A stretch of 64,000 nt of DNA, taken from positions 19,441 to 83,440 of the forward strand of contig DATNME010000008.1 in NCBI GenBank assembly GCA_035602385.1. Direction: 5' to 3'. This document shows, one piece after another, positions 57,728-64,000 of the stretch. This stretch comes from Candidatus Dormiibacterota bacterium. Lineage in GTDB: Bacteria > Acidobacteriota > Terriglobia > Acidiferrales > UBA7541. The translations under genes and the position numbers were made by a program. Numbering within the stretch: position 1 is the first letter of the stretch; the number at the start of each line of letters is the position of its first letter. The notes beneath the pieces are model-generated. The model made no database searches. It was given only the letters and a program-made list of their open reading frames with translations, and was not told the origin of the DNA.

Positions 57728-58033
57728 TGGGAAAGAAGAACACGACCGGTCACTTCGTTGTGGAGACATCGACCCCGACGAGAATCCTCTCGACGCGGAA
57801 CTGGAAGCAGGGCTGCCGAAAGAATATGTAATCGAACATCCAATGGCATGCAAACGCTTTGGTTTACCCACGGTGAGCAAACCGAAACACGAGGGACGAG
57901 GAGGCGTAACTGTTGGTTGCGCTGTCGGAGACCACGGAGGCCAAGAATGTATCAGTGCTTTCCTCGGTGAAACCAATTGGTCGCGCAGCAAGGTCGGCAG
58001 GGTTATCGAAGCAAGTGAAAAGAAGAGAGACAG

Positions 58034-58795
58034 ATGACAAAGAAAATCTGGACCGCCAGCATGATGGGCAAACGCGGCATTAAAAAGATGCTGGAGAAGT
58101 TCGATCAGGACCCAGTCAAAGCGCGGATGAAAATCGCCAAACAATCCATCGCAGTGACCCGTCACCGAGATAGAACATCTTCGCTATGCTCTGCGCTCCG
58201 TTTGGGTCACCGCAGCGGACAAAGATTCAATGCTGCCCGAGGACTACCGCGAACGCACCGCGCTTCAGCGCAGTCTGGCGAGAAAGTTGGGGGTCAAGTG
58301 ATGGACAAGAAAAAGCTGGAACGGTTGGAGCGCAAGGTTACACGTCGGGACGCACAAGTAGCCGTTCGCAACATAAAGACCGCGAGGTCAGAAAACCCAC
58401 TCGTGCTCGATGCCGAAGTCATTGGCGGAGGCATCATGCATAGGAAGCTCGTGAAAATGTCGGTGATGACCAACGAAAACCACACAGTGTGTTCAGAGAT
58501 TCGATTAGTCACGGAGCCAAAACCGCAACCGAGTCTACAGCAGAGAGCCGAAATCCTCGCGAAGACGGTACCGACATTCGGCTCAATGGAGAATTGCCGG
58601 AGAAACGTCGCGGAGTGCTGGAACATTGGCGATGCGCCAGTAGTCGAAAACGTCGACGAACTCTTCGATTCGGCATTATCTGCGCTCGGCTACGAGTCGG
58701 CGAAGCAGTCGTTCGATTTGTTTCGAAACCGCACGTTAGGAGAACCGAAGAAGCCGTCCGTTTGGAACCGCGACATTCTGAGGAGGACACGATGA
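58034..58795 (+). CDS. Hypothetical phage protein (may be two fused ORFs)
   Basis: ATGA overlaps on both sides; internal ATG near 58301. Confidence 0.5.
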   Translation: MTKKIWTASMMGKRGIKKMLEKFDQDPVKARMKIAKQSIAVTRHRDRTSSLCSALRLGHRSGQRFNAARGLPRTHRASAQSGEKVGGQVMDKKKLERLERKVTRRDAQVAVRNIKTARSENPLVLDAEVIGGGIMHRKLVKMSVMTNENHTVCSEIRLVTEPKPQPSLQQRAEILAKTVPTFGSMENCRRNVAECWNIGDAPVVENVDELFDSALSALGYESAKQSFDLFRNRTLGEPKKPSVWNRDILRRTR

Positions 58796-59085
58796 GGTTG
58801 AAAAAAGAGTATGGACCATCGCACGGGAGAGAAATGATTCGCGCTCTGACCGAAGCGGCACAGCAAATCAAGCGCGAGGAATTGGTGAAAACACTTCCAC
58901 TGAACTACACGTTGCGATACCTCTACTGCAACGGCATTTTGCCGACCGTCCGCAACTATCTTGCTTTGGAATATATGAGCGATGTTTCGGGCTTAGAAGA
59001 TGTCGGGCCGGAAGACCGCACTGAGATTGAAAGGCTCATTGAAGATGGTTTTCTTGTGGATACAAAATCGGAACGCGTGAATTAG
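58792..59085 (+). CDS. Hypothetical phage protein
   Basis: RBS AGGAGG; ATGA coupling. Confidence 0.6.
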   Translation: MRLKKEYGPSHGREMIRALTEAAQQIKREELVKTLPLNYTLRYLYCNGILPTVRNYLALEYMSDVSGLEDVGPEDRTEIERLIEDGFLVDTKSERVN

Positions 59086-59127
59086 GAAACACGGCAGCCG
59101 CCCTCGGGTAGAAAGCAGATGTGAGAA

Positions 59128-59403
59128 GTGGGAATAAATCGCAGAGCTTTTATTCATCAAATAGCGGTCGGTGCAACAGCAGCGGCTTTGGTGCAATTTG
59201 TGCCGATGGCGGAAGACGATTACTCCCGATTCCTCCGGACGTTGGGCGGCCGCGTGAGACACATATTATGCAGAGACAAAACGACGTTCAAAAGAATGCA
59301 AATTGATCCACCCGAGTATTTTGGCGGGGAACGCTTTCGGTTCGTCCGATTGTATATTGAAGAACACCAGAATCCATTTACGTGGTTTCACCCCGAGGCA
59401 TAA
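59128..59403 (+). CDS. Small protein with twin-arginine-like N-terminus
   Basis: MGINRRAFIHQIAVGATAAALVQF. Confidence 0.5.
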   Translation: MGINRRAFIHQIAVGATAAALVQFVPMAEDDYSRFLRTLGGRVRHILCRDKTTFKRMQIDPPEYFGGERFRFVRLYIEEHQNPFTWFHPEA

Positions 59404-59582
59404 ATCAACATCAGGAGACGAAAAGTGTTTGTAATTATTTCGAGTAGCGGCGCAGTTCGCAAAGTCTTCCAAGGCACCGACCCGGAGACGATTATCGAGT
59501 TGGCCTGCGAACTGCGTTGCGAGAACGACGCCAACTACCAAAGACGCATCGCGGAAGCGAGGCGACTGCTACAGGAGGACCT

Positions 59583-59810
59583 ATGCTCGTGAAATTTCAG
59601 CGACCGATGTCGGAGGAGGAGAGAACGCGGCTACACATCGACGCAATGTGGTTGCTATTCCTCCGCACGCCCGCGAGAGCTACGGGACCCGGCGAACCCA
59701 TTGATCTTGGCGAGATAGGAGCTGCGCCTGAGCGCAACTGGAGCAAGGCGACGCCATACTCCCCCGCGACGGCGAAGCTGCAAGAACCGACAGATAAGAG
59801 GCGTGAATGA
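59583..59810 (+). CDS. Hypothetical phage protein
   Basis: RBS AGGAGG; coupled to the next ORF. Confidence 0.5.
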   Translation: MLVKFQRPMSEEERTRLHIDAMWLLFLRTPARATGPGEPIDLGEIGAAPERNWSKATPYSPATAKLQEPTDKRRE

Positions 59811-60178
59811 CATTCGACACAACAAATCAATGGGTGCGACACATGCTCCACGTCTATAACAATCGCCGCCACGATGGAGAGATTTGGCTTGCGGTGCAGC
59901 GACCGGAGCCCGTAGTTTTGCCGTACCTTCCGGTGTATGTAGTCGAATTAAACGATTGCCCCAACGGCGCGGACGTGCTCGGCGAAGTCAGAACGAGACT
60001 AGTTGACGGCACGTTCATTCACGATATCGTGCCGGTGCAGCAACGTTCGGAGGAAGAGTCTCGACTCCTGCGGCAACAAGTGGAAGAGCATAAGAAGCGT
60101 CGAGCCAATTTGTATAAAGGTTATTCAATTGAAGAGCGGTTGAGAGATTTGCAAAACCCGGCAGAAAAGCAGATATAG
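59807..60178 (+). CDS. Hypothetical phage protein
   Basis: ATGA coupling; compact ORF. Confidence 0.55.
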   Translation: MTFDTTNQWVRHMLHVYNNRRHDGEIWLAVQRPEPVVLPYLPVYVVELNDCPNGADVLGEVRTRLVDGTFIHDIVPVQQRSEEESRLLRQQVEEHKKRRANLYKGYSIEERLRDLQNPAEKQI

Positions 60179-60205
60179 CCGCACCAGCGACAGACAGGAT
60201 TAGCA

Positions 60206-60433
60206 GTGCAGACGATTCAAGATTTGGTTTTCATGCAAAAAGTTGGTATTCGCATTGACGCGGACGACTTTGCCAAAGTTCTGGTGGCTGAGAACACGCA
60301 CCGAGATTTCTCGGCGTGTTTCGGATGCTGCGCAATAACTCAGGAGCAGCATCAACCATCGTGCCCACGATCAAGTGTGCTCTTCGAAGCAGATTGGTTC
60401 GAGATCGTTCGCGCCTGGGATGCGAATCGATGA
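60206..60433 (+). CDS. Hypothetical phage protein (Cys-containing)
   Basis: FSACFGCC...PSCPR. Confidence 0.45.
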   Translation: MQTIQDLVFMQKVGIRIDADDFAKVLVAENTHRDFSACFGCCAITQEQHQPSCPRSSVLFEADWFEIVRAWDANR

Positions 60434-60606
60434 ACCGTAGGACGTTGTTGGTCCTTCGTGATAGCACAACAGTTTGTGAAGCTGACTGCAGACCGAGATT
60501 GCTTAAATAGTCGGATTCAGAGGCGACCACATGTTTTGTCCGGTCAGACCGGAAGATTATCGTTGTTCCCGCTGCCACGGATGGCGAATTTTTGTCTTCA
60601 ACAAGG

Positions 60607-60762
60607 ATGATTTTCGAAGCCGACGCAATCCTCCGCTGTACTAAGTGCGAACGGGAAGACATCAAGGCGTGGATGCTGCTCGACTACGGCCCAAACTCCA
60701 GCATCCAGTTTTTGGCGGGCACGGCAACATGCCGTCGAAACCGTGTCCACACCCGCTCGTAG
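60607..60762 (+). CDS. Small CxxC protein
   Basis: Manual translation MIFEADAILRCTKCEREDIKAW...TRS*; AAGG upstream. Confidence 0.35.
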   Translation: MIFEADAILRCTKCEREDIKAWMLLDYGPNSSIQFLAGTATCRRNRVHTRS

Positions 60763-60855
60763 CGATAGGCTACCCCATCCCGGCGTCGAAGACGCCGCTG
60801 CTTGAATAGCCTAGCGAGCACTGACTTGCCGTTGGTGGGTTGAGTGCCCAGCCCC

Positions 60856-61173
60856 CTAGTTCGATAGCTGTGTCGCCGCCACCACGAACTCTGACAACCC
60901 TTCGGAGGATTCCGTAGGACGCGTGATGGTGACGCGGACTAATTCCCGTCCCTGAGCGTCCTGCCATCGCGCCAAGACTTCACAGGAGACGCAACCCAAC
61001 TGTGGATATGAGCTAGTCGCATCGAGAAGTTCAGTGGTGAAGATTGGATATTTGTCCTTCAAAACGTGACGTAACCCGTTGGCGTCCACAAACTCACACT
61101 CCACCCAACCTGGGAAGCGGTCGTCTACAAAACGCACGATTTGGACAGAGAGGTTCTGTGTGCTCGGGTTCAT
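60856..61173 (-). CDS. Putative RHS immunity protein
   Basis: 105 aa, starts 12 bp after the RHS stop. Confidence 0.6.
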   Translation of the reverse strand: MNPSTQNLSVQIVRFVDDRFPGWVECEFVDANGLRHVLKDKYPIFTTELLDATSSYPQLGCVSCEVLARWQDAQGRELVRVTITRPTESSEGLSEFVVAATQLSN

Positions 61174-61184
61174 ATATCCCTGAT

Positions 61185-64000
61185 CTATTCCAGTGGCTCT
61201 TTAACGATCTTTTGTAGTAGCTCTAGAAATCGTGCTGGTGACATCGGCTCGCGAGGTACTATCTCAAAGTGCCCCGGTTTGCCCACTTGCCTAATCATCA
61301 ATTCAGGCGGAACATCCCCAACCCTATTTATCTCTCCGAAGCGCGGTGGTATTCTTGACGGGTCGTCAAACAAGGACGGGCCGTGAGCACCTTCCCCGGC
61401 CCTGACGTTGCCATTAGCATCCAACTTATAGTCGCTGACTTGGTCGAACCAACCTCCACGATAGAGAGCGAAAGAGCCGCTTGCTGTTCGGTAAAAGTCT
61501 TTCGCGCTAGGCACCTCCTCGCAAATATTGAAACCGCCGCAAGTAGCGTTACGGAGCGCTGTATCCCACTGCCCATATAGCTTGTCAACCTGGGAAGCCG
61601 AAAAGTTCCTGAGGGCATCTTCTTGGTTAGAATTCTGGGCGACATTAGAGATGAGCCACAGTCGTTCGGTCGCAATTCTGGCATTGAACTCTTCTTGGGT
61701 TTCTTTGAATCCAAGGAAGTGGCCTAGACACCACCAGAAGCCTTTCTGTTCACCGCCACTACTGCAGTGGCCGGTTGGATCGGTCCGGTTCAATGGATTA
61801 TTGCCGACGTAGCTGTATAAGTTTAGGGACTGTGGATCAGACAGGGAGGCATACGGAACGGGGACGATGACATCGGACCAGTCCGGGGATAAGAAGCGGC
61901 CGATGTTGGAGGAGTCGTAGCGAGCACCGAAGTTGTCGAGGCCGGATTCGGAGTCGCGTTCTTTGCCGGTGAATTTGTAATTTTGGGAAACGCGCTTGCA
62001 GAGTTGCCGTTCGCCACCAAACGGATAATAGTCAGATTCGTCCTCGCCGGTTATCAGGCTGCTGTTGGTTGGGCAAGCGCTCATGGTGCCCAAAGCGTCG
62101 GTCACCATGCTGGCGGAGCCAAGATGGTCGGAGAAGTAATAGTGGACGGCGCTGGTGGAATCCTGCCGAGCGATGCGCTTGCCGTTGAAGAAAATGTACT
62201 CGTTGAAGCTGGCATTGTTGGTGTTGCCTGCAAGGTCGGTTTCGTCGAGAGGATCGCTGCCAGTTCCATACCAGTAGAGCTTGCCGTTGGATTTCTGCAC
62301 ACGTTTGCCATCGCCGTCGTAGGTGTAGGTTACTCCGCCCGTGGTTTTGAGATGGTTCTCGGCATCGTAGACGTAAGTCGCAACAGACGGAATGATGATG
62401 AGGTTGCCTGCTGCGTCGTAGGTGTCACCGCTGATCTGATTCTTGGTGGTCGTCAAAACGTTGAGGAGTTCTTCATTCACGCAGGTGTAACCGGAGATGC
62501 GACCGATGTTGAGCAGATTGCCCCAAGGGTCGTAAGTGAAGGCTTCGTCCCAACACGTGGAGCCGGAAGTGGAAGAGGTTTTTGCGGTCGCGATTCGGTT
62601 TAGGAAATCGTAAGTAAAGGATTGAGAGCGGTTGGTATCGCGATTGTTGGTAATGCTCGTGATGTTGCCGTTATCTGCGGTGCCGAGACTGAAATTGTAA
62701 GTAAAGTCGAGGATGTTACCCGAGGCAGCGTCCGCACAGGTAGATGGGGAAGAACCGCTGGACTTGACGGAAATTCGGCAGGGTTGCAACCGATTGTTAT
62801 AGAAGTACGTCGAGATAATGTTTGCACCGTTTGTGACGGAAGATAACGACCCTGTCGGCGCGTAGTGCGCGTTGGTGGCGTAGTTGATAGCGTTTGCCGT
62901 GTCTATTGCGGAAAGCGCGCGGCCTGCGGCGCTGGTCGCATATGTAATGATGCGGCCACTCGGATAGGTGAGAGTTGCCTGGGTCCCCGCAAGGTTGTTT
63001 TGAACTATGGTCGACTTTGTTACGCCGTTGGTGGTGCGGGCATCCGTGATTTTCCAGCCTACATTCGGAGTAATGTCGTAACCCCAAGCTTCCGCTCCGG
63101 CAGCGTCGCACATTCCGGTGCGCTTTCCGATGCCGTTGCCAATGGTGAGAACAGGCAGAGTGCAACCGGGAGGCGGTATCGCATCGTATCCATATTTTAC
63201 TATCGGCGTGGTGTCCGAAAAGGACTTCTGTGTCATACGGTTTAGGGCGTCGTACGCGTACGTGGCGGTAACGGTAGAAGTGCCGGTCTGATTGGGTGCC
63301 GGAGAAACCTTGGTTGTTAGGTTACCGTTGAGGTCGTAGGTGTACCCGGTAGTCCCGACTGTATAACTAGATGTGGGCGTCGCTGGGCATACAGCAGATG
63401 AATTCTCTGGATTACTTGTGCAAAGCAGGCGCGACAGCGAATCGTACGAGAAACTCCGGTTGCGCCATTTCGTTGTATCGGTGGTGCCGCCTTTTTGAGT
63501 GACGACTAGCAGGTTGTCAAGTGCGTCGTACGTGTATGCGGTGACTGCGGGATTGGTCCAAGAAACTGAAGTCCCTCCCGTGAGGGAGGAGCCGGAGGAT
63601 GCCGAAAACGAGCAGCCCGAGAAGTGCGGATCGCCGCCCGGTGTACAGGATGCTGACAAATTGTAGTTGGTGTTGTATCCAGAGGCCTTAGAGGTCAGCG
63701 AGACACCGCTGCCGCTCGCCGTAGCGTAGACAGGAGAGGAAGCGACGTTAAGGGCGGCCGCTACATTACCGGCGCAGGAACTCGCCGTCTCCGCGGGGCC
63801 GCCGCACCCAGGAGTAACGTTGAAACCGCCGACAGAAACGTTGATTGTTGTACTGTCGTACACCGTTACCCAACATGGCCCCGACGGGTTGGACGGACAT
63901 GCGTTGAAGGTTGCGCTGCGTTCGGAGCCAGAGATAGTAATTGATCCGGTGCCCGGTGTAGCACCGGCGGAGCCTGGGGCGGGCTCATCGACCTCGACCA
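61185..64000 (-). CDS. RHS/YD-repeat polymorphic toxin (5'-truncated by window) with Tse2-like C-terminal domain
   Basis: YD repeats; core YKFTGKERDSESGLDNFGARY...NLYSYVGNNPLNRTDPTG; frame stays open to the window end. Confidence 0.92.
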   Translation of the reverse strand, partial: VEVDEPAPGSAGATPGTGSITISGSERSATFNACPSNPSGPCWVTVYDSTTINVSVGGFNVTPGCGGPAETASSCAGNVAAALNVASSPVYATASGSGVSLTSKASGYNTNYNLSASCTPGGDPHFSGCSFSASSGSSLTGGTSVSWTNPAVTAYTYDALDNLLVVTQKGGTTDTTKWRNRSFSYDSLSRLLCTSNPENSSAVCPATPTSSYTVGTTGYTYDLNGNLTTKVSPAPNQTGTSTVTATYAYDALNRMTQKSFSDTTPIVKYGYDAIPPPGCTLPVLTIGNGIGKRTGMCDAAGAEAWGYDITPNVGWKITDARTTNGVTKSTIVQNNLAGTQATLTYPSGRIITYATSAAGRALSAIDTANAINYATNAHYAPTGSLSSVTNGANIISTYFYNNRLQPCRISVKSSGSSPSTCADAASGNILDFTYNFSLGTADNGNITSITNNRDTNRSQSFTYDFLNRIATAKTSSTSGSTCWDEAFTYDPWGNLLNIGRISGYTCVNEELLNVLTTTKNQISGDTYDAAGNLIIIPSVATYVYDAENHLKTTGGVTYTYDGDGKRVQKSNGKLYWYGTGSDPLDETDLAGNTNNASFNEYIFFNGKRIARQDSTSAVHYYFSDHLGSASMVTDALGTMSACPTNSSLITGEDESDYYPFGGERQLCKRVSQNYKFTGKERDSESGLDNFGARYDSSNIGRFLSPDWSDVIVPVPYASLSDPQSLNLYSYVGNNPLNRTDPTGHCSSGGEQKGFWWCLGHFLGFKETQEEFNARIATERLWLISNVAQNSNQEDALRNFSASQVDKLYGQWDTALRNATCGGFNICEEVPSAKDFYRTASGSFALYRGGWFDQVSDYKLDANGNVRAGEGAHGPSLFDDPSRIPPRFGEINRVGDVPPELMIRQVGKPGHFEIVPREPMSPARFLELLQKIVKEPLE

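Larger units (their letters stand above)
40207..60762. mobile_element. Phage-related integrative element (satellite-like or reduced prophage); right boundary not defined
   Basis: Starts at the tRNA junction; int/xis, terminase, primase, TA pairs, many small phage-like ORFs; visibly lower GC than the flanking host genes. Confidence 0.85.

Noticed and set aside
60834-60856. GGTGGGTTGAGTGCCCAGCCCCC as the decayed 3' half of the split tRNA-Arg (CAGCCCC complements the acceptor stem GGGGCTG)
   Set aside because: The position at the end of the phage-like ORFs is suggestive, but the T arm needs several indels, no anticodon-loop core is repeated, and an 8-mer match is expected by chance. Not accepted as attR.

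Overview
The window looks like a ~57% GC-type bacterial chromosome segment, probably Acidobacteriota (inferred from the Oar-like TonB receptor and overall gene content). It has four parts. (1) 1-6.98 kb: a minus-strand catabolic cluster (TonB-dependent receptor, beta-propeller protein, Ldh_2 oxidoreductase, amidohydrolase) ending at a tmRNA-3'-end-like att scar. (2) 7.1-40.1 kb: ordinary host genes, including dctA, bcp, an S9 peptidase, amidase-GerMN-rph-rdgB-nth, tRNA-Pro, a MacAB-type ABC system, a tartrate dehydrogenase/MmgE-PrpD operon, a two-component system, recQ, acs, an ECF/anti-sigma/ABC operon and PilZ. (3) ~40.2 kb to at least 60.8 kb: a phage-related integrative element sitting in the anticodon arm of a tRNA-Arg(CCT) that is not restored at this junction. 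It encodes a tyrosine integrase and excisionase, a Panacea toxin-antitoxin pair, a long terminase large subunit, a Prim-Pol/DUF3987 replicase, two cold-shock-like proteins, tandem XRE-like regulators and an RHH-GNAT operon. It also has an iteron-like origin and a FimB/FimE-like recombinase directly downstream of a promoter-containing segment flanked by 12-bp inverted repeats. No portal, capsid, tail or lysis gene is recognisable. (4) 60.86-64 kb: the 3' part of an RHS toxin gene with a Tse2-like tip, plus a likely immunity gene. The best candidate for a new system is the capsid-less, TerL-bearing satellite-like element with a possible fimS-like invertible switch. All family calls come from motif recognition by eye; no searches were run.
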